This document shows, in pieces, positions 13,696 to 28,938 of a stretch of 64,000 nt of DNA (position 1 is the first letter of the stretch; each line of letters opens with the position of its first letter). The DNA is from Octopus vulgaris. Taxonomy: Eukaryota. Where the stretch lies: positions 75,330,001 to 75,394,000 of the forward strand of contig OX597815.1 in assembly GCA_951406725.2 (NCBI GenBank), given 5' to 3'. The notes beneath the pieces were generated by a model that ran no database searches, was not told the DNA's origin, and saw only the letters and a program-made list of their open reading frames with translations. The translations under genes were made by a program, and so were the position numbers.

Positions 13696-15855
13696 TTGCG
13701 CAGGTATCAAAACTGCCAATCTGGAAAAGCGACAGGACCAGACGGAATTCAAGGTTACTGGCTCAAGTTGTTTGGGTCAACATACAAGCGAATTGCGTTG
13801 CAATTAGATAATTGCCTACAGAGTGATGCAGTTCCGGAATGGATTGTAGAGCGAAAGGCATTGTTGATGAAAGATCTGTCTAAGAGCAATGAGGTTGGCA
13901 ATTATCGACCCATTGCTTGTCTTAACCCCTTACGGAAAGAATTAACAGGCATCCTCGCAGAGAACATATATACGTTCCTTGCAGAAAACAATCTATTTCC
14001 AGTAGAAAAAAAAGGGATGTCGAAAAGGATCCAAAGGCATCAAAGACCACCTTGTGATAGACAAAGTTATAAAGAACTGCAAATGGTAGCAAAAAACTTG
14101 TTCATTGCCTGGAGGGACTTTAAAAAGGCTTATGATATGTTGACGTAATTGTGAATTTTAGAAGCACTCGACATGTGTGGAATAGCTGAGAACGTGTGTG
14201 CACTGATTAAGAACAGCATACCTAGTTGGAAAACACGTCTTTCCTGTAACAACCAGCACTTAACCGAGGTAACAATCAAAAGAGGTATCTTCCAGGGAGA
14301 ATTGTTCGCCTTTGTTATTTGTTGTAGCCTTGATCCCACTTTCTGTAGTCCTATGCAAAGTCAATGCACACTATGAGCTGAGAAAGAATGGACCTCGTCT
14401 CAATCACTTCCTCTTCATAGATGATTAAAAACTGTTCGCAAAAACAGAGCCTAAAATGGAGAGGCTGGCTGAGACTGTGCAGATGTGCAGCAAGGATATA
14501 GGGATGGAATTCGGTATCTCGGAGAAAAAAAGCAGATTGTAAGGGCATAGAATTGCCAAACGCAGAGAGAATGGAAGACCCGGATGATGATGGGTACAAG
14601 TACCTTGGGATCCTGGAGATTGACAATATCTTGCACAGAGAAATGAAAGACAAGGTAATCACTGCATATTTGAAGCGCTTTAAACGTCTCTTGAAATCAA
14701 AACTCAACTCAAAGAACCTCGTGACTGCCATCAACATATGTGCACCCATCCTGAAATGGAAACGGGCGGAGATTAACCAACTTGATCGCACTATCCGAAA
14801 GACGATGACACTGTGTGGTGCCCTCCGCCCTAAGGCGAACGTACACAGGCTTTACATGAAGAGGTGTAATGGTGGACGTGGGCTGATCAGGAGTGCATCA
14901 ACAGTGAAAGGAGAAACATGGCAAAATATTTGATAAATAGCAAACAAGACCTACTGCAGTATGCTTCTAATGCAGAAGGATTTACCAAAACTGGACTTGA
15001 AAGTGCTAATCAATTCCGATCACGGATAGCCAACGAGAGAGAAGAACCTCTACTCCGCATGGAATTACATGGTCAGTTCCACCGTGAATCTAACAACTTA
15101 AAAGACTAGGAAGCATCATGGAGGTGGTTGAGCAAGGGTGACCTAAAAAAGAATACTGAAAGCCTAATCATCGCTGCCCAGGATCAGGCATTGAATACCA
15201 ACTCAGTGAAAAGGAATATATACCACACAAGAGCAACAAACCTATGCAGAATGTGTGAGAAGAGGATCGAAAGCGAGACTTACATTGTTGGGGGCTTGTG
15301 AAATTCTTGTGCAGAGTACAAGCGCAGACACGACAAGGTAGCGCAAAACCTTCACTGGCTACTATGCCGGAACTATGGATACGAGGTAACGAGTGCTTGG
15401 TGCCAATATACACCAGAAAAAGTAATGGACGAAAAGGGGAAGGCAAAATCCTCTGGGACTTTGACTTCCATACAAAGTGTTAGAGCACCGAAGGCCGGAC
15501 AAAGTAACCTTTATGAGGGACAAACAAGTGCTTAATAATCGACGTGGAAGTACCAGGATATCAACATATCATGAAAGAAAGAGACATGATTGATAAATAT
15601 GGATACCTAACAATTGAGATCGCCAAGATGTGGAAGCTACAAGAGTCAAACATAAAGGATGTCCATGTTGTCATCGGAGCATTGGGTTCAATACCACTCA
15701 ACCTGAAGAAACAACTGGAAATTTTAGAAATACCCTAAAATCTAGGTGTATAACAAAAATCGGCATTACTTGTACCTTGCACCCATATGTCTGAGGCCCT
15801 TGTGACTTGATAGACAGTACAAACCCTCTGTAAACATAATAACTCCAATCAACAT
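13696..15855 (+). mobile_element. Degenerate 5'-truncated R4/Dong-type non-LTR retrotransposon (RT + CCHC + RLE)
   Basis: KATGPDGIQGYWLK, NYRPIACL, DFKKAYD, GIFQG, F.DD, YKYLG, GGRGL, CRMC, RHD and RPD remnants with many stops and frameshifts; ends in (AAT)n. Confidence 0.9.
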
Positions 15856-15928
15856 TAATAATAATAATAACAACAACAACAACAACAACAACAATAATAA
15901 TAATAATAGTAATATTAATAATAATAAT

Positions 15929-15972
<44 letters not shown>

Positions 15973-16003
15973 TGATAATAATATTAAAAATAATAATAAT
16001 AAT

Positions 16004-16038
<35 letters not shown>

Positions 16039-16063
16039 GAACAACAATAACAATAACAATAAC

Positions 16064-16112
<49 letters not shown>

Positions 16113-16114
<2 letters not shown>

Positions 16115-19100
16115 TGGTAAAATAATTGGTAAAATCCGGCTTGCACTTAAGGATATAATTTCAGCTAATGATGTTGATATCACAAATCTCAACCACCTAT
16201 ACTATGCATCCGCGAAAATCTCAACGATCCTATGTTGTGTAAAGATTAGAAAACGGCAACATTCCCACAAAAAGCCTTCTTGGCAAGAGCGTCTGCAACA
16301 ACAAATTAAACTATTTAGATCTGACATTGAATATTTGAAAAACCTTAAGGTTCACAAGACTACCAAACCTACAAAACCCCCAAAATTGCTGAAAAAATAC
16401 AATATGAAAACTATACTTGATATTGATGCCACCATAGAAACCATCAAACAAAAGGTATCTGCTAAAGCTGCCCGCATAGCGAGGTATGAAAAGCGTGTTA
16501 GATTTTTTAAGGACAACATGTTCAAAAATAACCCCAAGAATTTTTACAGGAAGATAGGAAAAACAGCGTTTACTGCAAGGTCTGTACCATCAAAAGAAGA
16601 AGTGCAGGGATTTTGGAATAAAATTTGGGCAGAAGAAAAAACACACAACGAAAAGGCCCCCTGGATTGACAGAATATCTACAGAACTGGACCCCTTAGAA
16701 GAGCAAAAGTGGGAGGGTGTCAAGGTAGAAGATATAAGACCTGCTCTCAGGAGGTCAAGCAAATGGAAGTCTCCAGGAAAGGATAAAATTCCTTACATCT
16801 GGCTGAATGCCTTCCCAGAGAGCCATGAACTGCTAACAGAACTGTACAATGATGTTTTGCAACACCCTAGTAGGATGCCTCCTTGGCTAGTTAATGGGTT
16901 AACATTCCTGCTTCCAAAAAGTGAAGAAACAAATGAACCAAAAAACTATAAACCCATAACCTGCTTAACAACTATGTACAAAACGCTAACATCTGTCCTG
17001 ACGGAATATACTTATAGTTTTTTAACAGACAGCAGCATATTCCCTAATGAACAGAAAGGATGTAAACGTGGATCCTACGGCTGTAAAGATCAATTACTCA
17101 TCAATAAGATGATCTTAGAAGATTGTCACAAACGACACAAAAACTTATCAATAGCCTGGATAGACTATAAAAAGGCTTTTGATAGCCTACCACATAGCTG
17201 GATTAGGAAATGCCTGGAAATGTATAAGATAGCACCTACTCTGCGAAACTTTTTGACTGTAAGTATGAGATCATGGAGAACCACACTAACTCTGAACAGT
17301 GACAATGAATCCCTAAATGCTGGTGATGTAAAAATTTCGTGTGGCATTTTCCAGGGTGACACACTGTCACCACTCCTCTCTTGTTTAGCCTTAATACCTC
17401 TCTCAAAGCTGCTCAATGACGCGCAGTACGGGTATAAAATGTTTGATAAAAATATAAATCATCTCATTTACATGGATGATTTAAAGCTTTTTGCCAAAAA
17501 TACCAACAACTCAAGGGCTTACTAGCGATAGTCAAACAATTCAGTGACGACATCAGAATGCAATTCGGCCTCGATAAATGTGCAAAAGCTACCTTTATCA
17601 AAGGAAAAATGACAGAAACATCTAACTTTAACCTTGACCAGCAGAATGTCATAAAAGAACTAGACCCAGCGGAGAGCTACAAGTACCTAGGGGTAATTGA
17701 AGGGAACGGAATAAGGCATTCAGAGATGAAGGAAAGGAACAGGAGAGAATGCTATCGAAGAGTGAGAGCAATACTCAAGACAGAACTGAATGCAAGAAAC
17801 AGGATCGAAGCGATCAATGCATTAGCCATACCAGTCGTGACTTACAGTTTCAATATCGTTAACTGGTCAATTACTGAAATATGTCATCTCGACAGAAAAA
17901 TAAGAAAACTGTTGACAATGCATAGAATGCACCACCCTAAGGCAGATACAGAACGACTTTATCTGCCTAGAAAAGAGGGAGGCCGTGGTCTTTTGCAACT
18001 GGCAATAACAATGAAGATTGCTACAATTGACCTAGACACCTACCTGAAAAACTCTGAGGACTGGATGTTAAAACTTGTCTCAAAACATGAAAACAAGAAA
18101 GCATCATACTCAGTAACAAAACAGGCAAAGGAATATCTAAGTGAATTCCGAATACAACCAATTTCGGAATTAGAGATAGACATACAAGAAACAAGCACAG
18201 AAAAAGCTAGGTACATGAAAACCTGTGCCAAAACTGCGGCCTTAGATATTCTGAATAATAAATGGCAAGAAAAACCTCTCCATGGCAAATACCCAAAGAG
18301 AGCGAATAATGCAGATATTGACAAAGCCCTGACCCATCAATGGCTAATGGCCTCTGGCTTAAAATCTGAAACAGAAGGGTTTATCATAGCAGCTCAAGAT
18401 CAATGCCTACCAACAAGAAACTACCAGGCCAACATATTAAAGAACGGCAGTAGCCCAACATGTCGTGTATGTCGACAACAAAATGAAACTATTGATCATG
18501 TTGTCTCCAAATGCAGTCTTCTAGCGCCTACAGAGTACCTCAACAGGCATGATAGAGCTGCACAATATATTCACTGGGTAATTTGCAAAAACCTGGATTT
18601 CCCCATGAAAAAAATTGGTGGAAACACAATCCACCTCCAGTGCTTCAAAATGACCACATCTCACTCCTCTGGAACTTCACCATTCAAACTGACAGAAAGA
18701 TAGATGCAAATAGGCCAGACATCATATTGAAAGACTTCAGACAAAGAACATGCCTCCTCATTAATATGACTGTCCCAATCGATATAAACGTATCTGTCAA
18801 GACCTACCAAAAACTGAGCAAATATAAAGATCTTGAAATAGAAATCCGCAAAATGTGGAACCTGAAGACTAAAACAATACCTGTTGTCATAGGTGCCCTG
18901 GGAATGATAGCGAAAGGGGCTGATTGCTACCTAACTCAGATACCAGGAAACCCCAAAATGGCAGAAATTCAAAAGATAGTGCTCATGGGAACTGCTCATA
19001 TCCTACGCAAAATACTCTCTATGTAATCCCAAGGTTTAAAACAAACTTTTTTTTAAAATTTATGTATTAGACATTCACTAGTACGACACCAAAAAAACCC

Positions 19101-19219
19101 CCCAAATATATGGCACACTAGGCATAACAACAACGTGAACTTCCAACCTGTTGTCTCTTGAGGTCTCTGGGTGAGACTTGGAGCCAACTTGTACAGACAT
19201 AAAGCAAAAGTCAAACATA

Positions 19220-19220
<1 letters not shown>
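16113..19220 (+). mobile_element. Near-intact R4/Dong-type non-LTR retrotransposon in (AAT)n
   Basis: KSPGKD, NYKPITCL, DYKKAFDS, GIFQGD, YMDD, GGRGL, CRVC..ETIDHVVSKC zinc knuckle, RHD, RPDI, KY.DL. Coding region runs to the stop at 19026 with single-base frameshifts near 17501 and 18600; (AAT)n on both sides. Confidence 0.95.
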
Positions 19221-19303
<83 letters not shown>

Positions 19304-20050
19304 TAATAATAATAATCATAAGGAACAAGAGACTAACATTCCAATCACACAAATGATAAATAGGTTTCTATTAACTTTGTCGGCGTTTTATTTAATAAAG
19401 CTGGGGAGGTTGTGACGCGATTGATGTTGTAAGCAAAGTCATGGCTTTATTTAACACTGCCTCTGACTTTATTCACAGAAAACTTACATCTCTCTATCTC
19501 TCTATCGTTCTAAGATCTAATAATCACAGCTAGATGATACTTCGTTGACAAGTTCTCATAAGATCGAAATATATCTAGAATTGTTATCTCACTGGTAAGG
19601 TTCAGACTTATTTCACATGGCTTTCCTTCTGTATTTAATTTACCAATGTTTCGTGGGTGTCTCGTCCTGTTTTCCCCCACTCCACCCAGAATTAGTTATT
19701 TAATGGATGGTTGTTTCGATCACCAGCAGTTTTTAATTAATTATAATTTTAAAACTTACTAAAGCAAGTATGCTAGCGTACACTTTACTATTAATTTGTT
19801 ATACAGCAGGCGTGTCTGGATAATTTTTGCTCATGCATTCTCTTGTTTGATAGTCTGATTAATCCTGGATCCAGAGTGGAAGGAAGGAAAGATGGAAGCG
19901 AGGAAGGAAGAAAGGAATGAAGGAAGAGAGAAAGGAAAGAAGGAAGGAAGGAATGTGTTGGATAAAAAGGTGGATAAATTATAAGATGTATGGATATGTA
20001 AACATATATATAATATTATTATTCATATATACATATATTTGCGTTCGTGT

Positions 20051-20101
<51 letters not shown>

Positions 20102-21359
20102 CGTGCGTGTGTGTGTACGTGTACAAAGAGACAAAGAAAGAGGAGAGAAAGATAGAAAGAGAGAGAGAGGGAGAGAGGGATAAATCGGTGGACAGTTGGC
20201 TACATGGATAGATAATTTCGAAGATATACATAAAATTCAATAAAAGCAGCACAGCGAACTAAGGCGGCGTCACATGACCTTTAATCAGCGTGTGGTTGTT
20301 GGCAGGAAGTCTTGTCTCAAAATGAGAACTCGCCAGGATTCGCCAAACAGAATATTGATTCTCTCTCAGTGAATTGCAATTTTCTTCTCATATGTATTAG
20401 GTTGTGTGAGTTATGATTTTAAAAGAGAAAGTGCAATATTCTTAAGGCAATTTCTTCGCTTTTACTTACATCGTAGCAAGTTTCCACTGTCTTTCTTCTA
20501 TAATTATATTTATGACTTCTTTTTAGTATATTGGGAGAATGTGTAGAAAGGCAGGTGGTGTTGGTGGTGGTTGGAGTGTAACAGAAATGTGTGAAGAGAA
20601 GAAGAAACTATGCAAATCTTCATATTTAACGCAGTGCTAAATTTGGCAATTGTCTTCGGACCACTATTCTTTGATAGCAACTGAGGTTGTCGTCGCAGAA
20701 ATTACGAGGAAGTTTCATGACTTCACTTACCGTTAGAAGCTTTTGTTCTTTGTATTCTGTGGTCACCATGCTGGCTACAACCGGGTGAAAAGATCCAAAT
20801 GAAATATCCTTTCAATGCTTGTCTATATTTAAGTTTTATTCTTAGTAAGTTTACGAGGTTTAGTGATGTGTTGAAACAATATTTCAGGTTTCGTGTCGTC
20901 CAAGTGAATTGTGTGACACAACTGTATAAACTTATGATTCAGATAGATGATGATGTACTGAATGAAGCACGCAAACGATTCGCAATCAGCTGAAAATTGC
21001 CACTTAGCTGGAGAAAGAACAACTCAATCTGGCAGCAATTGTTAGCTATTCTTAAAGAAGAGAGATAATTTCAAGTAGGTATGAATTATTTAAGGCGGCG
21101 AATTGGTTGAGTCAATAAAATGTTGAATAGAATACCTAGTGGTATTTGTTTCTACTTCTCTATATTGCAAGCTCAAATTCCACCTCAGTCAACTTTGCCT
21201 TTCCTTCTTTAGAAATCGGTAAAAAAAAAAAAAGGCGGCGAGCTGGCAGAAACGCTAGCAAGCCGGGCGAAATGTTTAGCGGTTTTTCGTTTGCGTTCTG
21301 GGTTCAAATTCCGCCGTGGTCGACTTTGCCTTTCATGAGAATAGTTTCATAGAAACTTC

Positions 21360-21665
21360 AATTTTCATGCAGAGAGGAGTGAAAATCTGATTGCTGCTAC
21401 ACAAAACATGTACAGGCATATTTTTGTTTTTTGGCGTCATTAATGGAAAGCTGTCTCCTAAGTGCTGCCCTCTCTCCTTGCAGCTCTTACATTCCAGTGA
21501 CTTAGTAAACATATAATTCTACAAGTAGAAAAACTGGTATTATGAGCAGAACACATTAATCACCCACCTTCACACCAAATGAGTATCCGCATAAACAACA
21601 TGTCTAGTCCATGTTTTTTTATGGCCGAGACTGCTATTCATATGATGATCAATGAACTTGCAAAG
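21360..21665 (-). pseudogene. Possible piggyBac-like C-terminal remnant
   Basis: Minus strand reads DHHMNSSLGHKKTWTRHVV and then Cys/His-containing fragments; weak resemblance only. Confidence 0.25.
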
Positions 21666-23047
21666 AAAGCGTGTTTAAAATTTTAATTTAAAACATTTTT
21701 AAATACTGTGAATGTTTAAAGATTCAACATCACTTGAAACCTTTAAAATTTTCATATATGTACAATGTTTAAACCTTTTTCTAAAAATCTAGCAATAATT
21801 GTCTTCTAATTATCAGTGTTGTTTAGTATTTAGTCGATGGCATGGTAGACTCTTTAGAGTACTGTTAGTTCCTCCAGCTCATTATGTTCAGAGTTGAAAT
21901 TCCACGAAGAACTTTCATCCCTCTGGGTTCAATAAAACAAAGTACTAGTGAAGCACTGGAGTTAACGTAATCGAGTAACTTTCCCAAACTTCAAGCCTTG
22001 TTCTTTTGTTATGAAATAGTTTTGCAGTTATTTAGTACTTTTTTCATTATCGTTCCCGGAGGCATAATACTATTGTTTAAAATTGCTTGTTGTTTATATT
22101 TGGTATCTTTGTTTTTATATAGCACTTTCTGAATTGGTGTTTTAAACCTTTTGACTGTATTAATTTTCTTTACCTGTCCACAATCCCGATGTTTCCAATA
22201 TCTACTTCCAAAGAGGAAGTAGTATTGTATACAACGTAATTTATTGTATAACGTTAGAAGCCTTATACTAATTTAACAGTAGCTTTGTTACTTTGACGTT
22301 AGGCTCCCAAACAAAAATAAATAACACTGTGATAGAGAATTTTTTAACCTAGAAAAACAATTTCCCCACTGGAATCCCCAAATTTCTCCCTAGAACCATG
22401 AACATTTTCTTAGATTAAGAATTGCAGTTCCAAATTAACTTTCAGCGACTGACACATGTAAACTACTTATCATAAACTTCTCACACGTTTGTTTTTCACA
22501 TCCTGTAAGTAACTGAATGTTTAGAATGAACCAATGCTACAGTTAGAGTTTATTGGAGAATGTTTGAGGAGTCAGAAAATCGCTACGGCCAAGTTCTTCA
22601 GCTTTTGAAGTGAACATTAAATTTTTTTTATTCAATGCGATATATTTTACTATTTTTTCTTTTATTTTACTATTTTTCCTTTCCCCGAACGCTTCAAATA
22701 ATTTGTTTCAACCGTGTTGAAATATAAAGGTGCACTTCCAGGCATGACGTAAGCTATGAGTGCGTCAACGTTTTGATTCAATTGTGGCTTAGACTCATTT
22801 CAACCCTGGTTGAGCAGAACTATGATCAGATAAATTTTCAACCATTATCATCTCGTCACTCCCACATTTTTCTACATTATCTAGCGTCTTTTCTCTTTTT
22901 AAGACGGTAGGATGTAGTATGAGAGTAACTCTATTACCATTTCATTTCTAGCAGGTTGAGTAACCACATTACAAAATTAATTCCACTTAAACTGCATAAC
23001 CTTCTCATAAACTATATTTTCATTGTTTTGTAAAGCCAATTGATGTA

Positions 23048-24306
23048 CGAGGGTGGTTTGAAAAGTTCATAGGGTGACTATGAAGGAGCGATATTAGAAC
23101 TGTGAAATGCATTAATTTCAACTCTTCTTATTAACAACTGCATATTTTTTCAGGTAAACTGACATCTGATTGTTCAAAGAAGACTTCAAAAGTAACTTGT
23201 AGCCACTTCTTTTGAAAATGGAAACAACTTGCCATCGTGGTATTATTAAGTACCTGCAGAAAATGGTTGCTACATAATTGGATGACGCTCCAGCTTTATC
23301 AACAGCGAAAAAGTGGGCAGCTGAATTTAGGTGGGGAAGCCAGAATGTTGAAGATGACTTAAGGTCTAGACGTCTTGAAACTGCCACCACCGATAAAAAC
23401 ATTGATCACATTCACTAAATGCTGATGGATGACAGGCGATTAACTATAAACCAAATAGCCTATGCTTTTAGCATATTCCATAACAGAGCTGAGAATATTC
23501 TGCACAATGAAGTTGGCATGACGAAGGTTTCTGCTCAGTGGATACCAAGTCTTCTGACACCTGATCAACTGCGCACCAGGTTGATCACATCACGACAAAA
23601 TCTAACATTGTTTGAGGCAGATCCAACCGGTTTCTTTGGAGGTTTCTTAAGCCAGGATAACTGTTGGGTTCATTAATTCGAGCAGGAGAAAAGAGATAAT
23701 GTATGGAGTAGAAACACCCAATCTCACTTGTTCCAAAGAAGACCAAGGTTGTTTCATCTACAGGGAAGGTGATGGCCTCAAGTTTTGGAGATGCAAAACT
23801 CATTGCGTTTATTGACTACCTTCAAAAGGGCTACACCATCAATAGAGTGTACTCTGCTACCTTGCTGAGGCAAGGTTATCAAGACCAAACACCCTGAAAA
23901 ACTGACGAAGGGGGTCTTGTTTCACCAGGACAGTGCTCCAGCACACAAGTCCTTCCTTTTAATGGCTGTTGTGTGCGTGACTGGCTTTGAACTGTTTGAC
24001 CCCCTTCCCTATTCTCCTGGTTTGGCCTCATCTGACTATCATCTGTTCCCCAATACGAAAAAGGTTTGGCTGGGGACTAGTATCGCAATGATGATAACGT
24101 CCTATCTGCTGTTGATAGTTTTTTGACCAACAGGATGAAAGCTTTTAAATCGATGCCATTGATGAAGAAGCTTGGGATCCAAGCACTGCAATATGGATGG
24201 AAAAAGTGCGTGAACCACAAGGGGGACTATTTTAACAATAAATTTCACTTGTCCACATTCCATGAGAGTATCTTGGTCAACCTATGGATTTTTCTGCCAA
24301 CCCTCG
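23048..24306 (+). mobile_element. Full-length decayed mariner element (irritans-like)
   Basis: TIRs TA-CGAGGGT... / ...ACCCTCG-TA. Motifs DDRRLTINQIA, KVSAQWIP, HQDSAPAH and PYSPGLASSDYHLF with stops and frameshifts. Confidence 0.9.
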
Positions 24307-25985
24307 TATGGTTTAATACACAATTATTATCAGTTTATGTTTATCATAGAAACACTGGATTATATAAATGACTATATGCAGGGAATCCATACAGAAATTT
24401 GTGTTTACGAGAGGAAGATCGAAGGAGACACAAAACTGCTACAGTCCAGTTCTTCATCACGTGCTCTTATTAAATTTAGGTTTTTATCTCAAAACGGTCA
24501 CCCAAGAAAAACTAAGGCATACAAATATATAAGCTATCATATGCGGTGTGTTTCAAGAAACAATTAACATAAAACAACGTCATCAATTTTTATTTGTTTA
24601 TTCCGCAATCGTGGCATTTAGCATTTATTTGCTTCTCTCTGGCTTTCCTTCAACCGAGGTTTGGCTTCATAGAATATTTGAATACGATTGTTATATTGTA
24701 GCCTATCATTTAATATATATCGATATATATCGATTTTGCAAATGTGCTAGTAGCCGAATCGATAGGATATCGACAGTCAGCCAGGAAGTTGGTGTTTTGT
24801 ATCCTACACTGCATTGTATCAGCGGTCAATCGTGACACTTAACTTTTCAATGGCCAATACACTCAACCTCAAAATAACACCGCGCAATGCAGATTTGAGA
24901 GTTATAAACAGTAGCACTACTGTAACATTAATAAATAACAAACCTTCAGCGCTCAGTTCAGTTCCTCTACTTGAACTGATACCAGGGTATGACAGATACA
25001 TATCAATCCTCTTGCTACAGATTTGAACCCTTATGAAAATATAAGAAATCAATAACACTAGGGAACAATTATCAGCATAATTTCCGTTGAGTTCAATTTT
25101 TCACTTCAATTAGACTAAAATTGGCATACTGATTTCAAAACTACAGTTTTCTACTCTCACGTCAGATATTTTTCACTGCTTAATCTCCGAATAAGGACAA
25201 ATGTATTGTTTGTCCGTAAGTAATAGGACTGGTCAGCTGATTGCTTTTATTATTTTATTGATAGGGAGTGAGAATTTTTCAGATCCGGAGATTTAGGTTG
25301 AGTTTTTAAATGATGGCAGCCTATAGTCAGTATCAAATCTTCCCCCAAAAAATAAATCACAATTATTGGACTAATCAGAAACCTCAGCTATTCTTCAATT
25401 CTTAAGAGTTAAGATAATTTTTAATGATGGAGGCTGGAGGGAGGCTTGGGTTTAAGATGCATGAAATTATATGAATATGGCCAAGATGGGGGAGTGACAA
25501 GCACTGTTGGGCAGAAGATTCAAATTTATGAAGCCTGGGAATAGATTTGTGCTGTGGAGGAGAGATGGCAAGGTTTTGAAGTGAATGAATTGTTAATTTG
25601 AATTGTGGCGGTATTCTGTCCTGGGTTGTGAGGCCTAAGTTTCTACCCTGTTCTTTTTTTCTTATGAAGCATTTGTGTGAATGTATATGTACGTATCGTG
25701 TATTTGTATGAATGCAGATGAATGTATAATTATTTACGGATGTATATCTCCATACTCGTTTATGTAGAATACGCAAATTTATATGGGATAGTGCTTACAA
25801 GTCTCTGTGTCTACTCTATATAGTTGATTGCTATTGTATTATTGAAAAGTATACATGAAAGTTTGTATGCAAGGGGTTAGTAGACCTTATGTAAGCATTT
25901 TTTTTGTTTTGTCTAAGCTTGTGACGGTTCAACTTAATTTTTATTCCGGTACTTATTTCCTTTCTTTGAAATCAAGTTTCCTCCT

Positions 25986-26108
25986 GCTACTTCTTATCGT
26001 AAGCACCTAAACAGCTCCGATTCCTTTTGCTATATCTGTGGCAGTTTCAACATTCCCAGTTAAAAGACAAACATTGGTGCATTTGCGAAACCAAGCTATT
26101 TTGCATAT
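25986..26108 (+). pseudogene. DNA-transposase N-terminal fragment (Chapaev3-like)
   Basis: Translates as RKHLNSSDSFCYICGSFNIPS*KTNIGAFAKPSYFAY, matching the N.PD.FCYICG...AY.AYF pattern as I recall it. Confidence 0.5.
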
Positions 26109-26252
26109 CGATGTAGACCAGGAGAACACGTGATATGTTGGTATTTGGTATACCTATAATTTGGTGACGAACACACTTATAATCGATTATTGTTCTGGTG
26201 ATATGCAGTGTTAAGTTCAATCTTCTGTAGACAATGACCTAAATATGTGGGC

Positions 26253-26374
<122 letters not shown>

Positions 26375-26455
26375 GGGTATATATTTATGTATGTGTGTGT
26401 GCGCGCGCGTATACATACATATGCATTAAAATATATACATATGTGTGTATGTATG

Positions 26456-26525
<70 letters not shown>

Positions 26526-27077
26526 GTGTATTTTTCCCTTGTTAACAATTAACACGGAAAAAATTAGATAAATAGTTACCAGGGTAGCAAATATATACAT
26601 ATTTAAATACATACGTATGTATGTATGAAAATACATAAGTATAGATCACGAAGAGAGAGACCAAACTTCTGATCCACGGAAAGGTCAGTCTGCTGCGGTA
26701 ATATTTCACAATTATGTTTCAGCCCATTTGGATATCACTCGACAAGATTCAACTAAAATATTTTTAAGTGTTTTAAGTGGAGATGACTCACCCATCTTTC
26801 TTCAGCAAAAATATTACAAAGTTTATTGCTTAGTGTGGACGACAGTCTACACTGATCTTTTGAGAGACATCTTAACGCACCTAACTAATAAAAGTCAATA
26901 ATGATCAACTGCGAAAGAATCTTAGTGGCAACAAGTTAGCGAATCAGAATAGTCATTGGGGCGTCGGGTAGAATACCTCGTGATATTTGATACAGTTCTC
27001 TATGCACCGAGTTTGAATCGAGCCGACACCTGCCTTTTTTCTTTTATCCTTTCGGGGTCGATAAAATAATAAATAGG

Positions 27078-27233
27078 TGCAGGCGTGGTCTGTGTGGTAA
27101 GCAGCTTGTTTCCCAACCAAATGGTTCCGGGTTCAGTCCTATTGCGTGGCACCTTGGGAAAGGTGCCTATAGCCTGGGGATGACCAATGCCATGTGAGTG
27201 GATTTGGTAGACGGAAACTGAAAGAAGCCCGTC

Positions 27234-27275
<42 letters not shown>

Positions 27276-27520
27276 ATGTGTGTGTGTGTGTGTGTGTGTG
27301 TCTTTGAGTTTGCATTTGTCCCCCCACCATCGCTTGACAACCGATGTTGGTGTGTTTACGTCTCCGTAACTTAGCAGTTCGGCAAAGAGACCAATAAAAT
27401 AATTACTAGGCTTACAAAGAATAAGTCCTGGGATCGATTTCTTCGACTAAGAAACCCTTTAAGGCGGTGCCCCAGCATGGCCTTAGTCAAATGACTGAAA
27501 CATGTAAAATTAAAAGAGTA
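27078..27520 (+). mobile_element. Composite tRNA-derived SINE
   Basis: Same family as 990-1377. Confidence 0.85.
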
Positions 27521-28094
27521 AATCCAAATTGGTGGAAGTGTAACAACGTCGGATAAGATACCTTACGGTATTTTCCCGACCCTTTGCATTCTGGCTTTAA
27601 ATCCCATTATAACCTACTTCGAATATGGACTTAATCCTTGCTCGGTTTAATGTTTAATGATATCACTTGGTACTTTGGGTGCCGTTAGCTGTGTCCACTC
27701 ATGTCGCAAACATTCAGCCCAGGTCAACGACTTGAAGATATCTCAAGCCTTCCCTTCCACCACGCTTGATGTCACTGTAAAGTTCATGGGTACGACCCAT
27801 CCCGACTAACAGATAAAAAGAAAGCACAATTTAGCTATAGAATAGTGACAAGAGGTCCTACACATTAATCATTCTTTGTTTTCAACTAAATTTTTACGCA
27901 TTATTTCATTGGGAACGATTGAGTCTTGAGAACAAAGTATATCCACATAAATTCGACCAATTGGAATCTATTTCATCCAAAATAAAATATTCTCGAGATG
28001 TTTGAACTAAGTCTCAATACTTAACAAAACCCATAATAGATAATAAAAAAAAAGACTCACACTACGCACAATAGTAAGCTATTCAACATTGCTG

Positions 28095-28460
28095 CACCTT
28101 ATTAGCAGCTGGCTATATATAAGGGCCACCAATGTTAACCGTCATGATCACAAACCACAGCTTCGTACCTAGTTGATAGTCCATTTATAAAGATACTACT
28201 CCTGTTACGTACAATGGTGAGATGTAAAACATTAGGAGTATCTTATTAGCAACTAATTATATATATATAAGAGCTAATGATGTTAATTGTTATAATCACA
28301 AACCATCAGCCTTTACCTAGCTGGTAGTTTATTAATGGATACACTGCTTTTGCTACGTATAATAGAACACGTGGGGTACCCTATTAACAGCTAGATACAT
28401 TTAAATGGCCACTGATGTAGGCTGTCACGAACACGAACTATCGCACCGTACCTAGCTGGT
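28095..28460. repeat. Diverged ~140-bp tandem repeat (about 2.5-3 units)
   Basis: Recurring CTTATTAGCAGCT...GATGTTAA...CACAAACCA...TACCTAGCTGGT blocks. Confidence 0.65.
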
Positions 28461-28864
28461 CGCCCAACATCCTTACAATTCACCTGGTTTCAGATCTAAA
28501 ACCTCGAAACGGAAAATAAAACGCGATAGATGAGACAATATTCTTTGAATGGTCTTATGTTACAGAATAGGAAATGAACCATATTCATCGAATTGTGATC
28601 AGTTCATATATTCAAAGGCTGCAAGAAACGCATTTTAAAATACATCGGGCTCCTAAGAATAATGGTTGAAGTCACGTACGTAGAGTCGAGTTACATTCCA
28701 TTCATTCAACCACCATTACCAAAAACTTGCATATATGCGCATTATATATCTCTCTCTTTCACTCACTCTTTCTCTTTCTTTCTTTCTCTCTCTTTCTCTC
28801 ACTCCACACACACATATTTATATATGTATATAGACATCATGCTCATACATTCACACATACACGC

Positions 28865-28938
<74 letters not shown>

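Noticed and set aside
15969-16112. Ile/Thr-rich N-terminus of the 518-aa ORF
   Set aside because: Read-through of the (AAT/AAC)n target tract; not part of the LINE protein.
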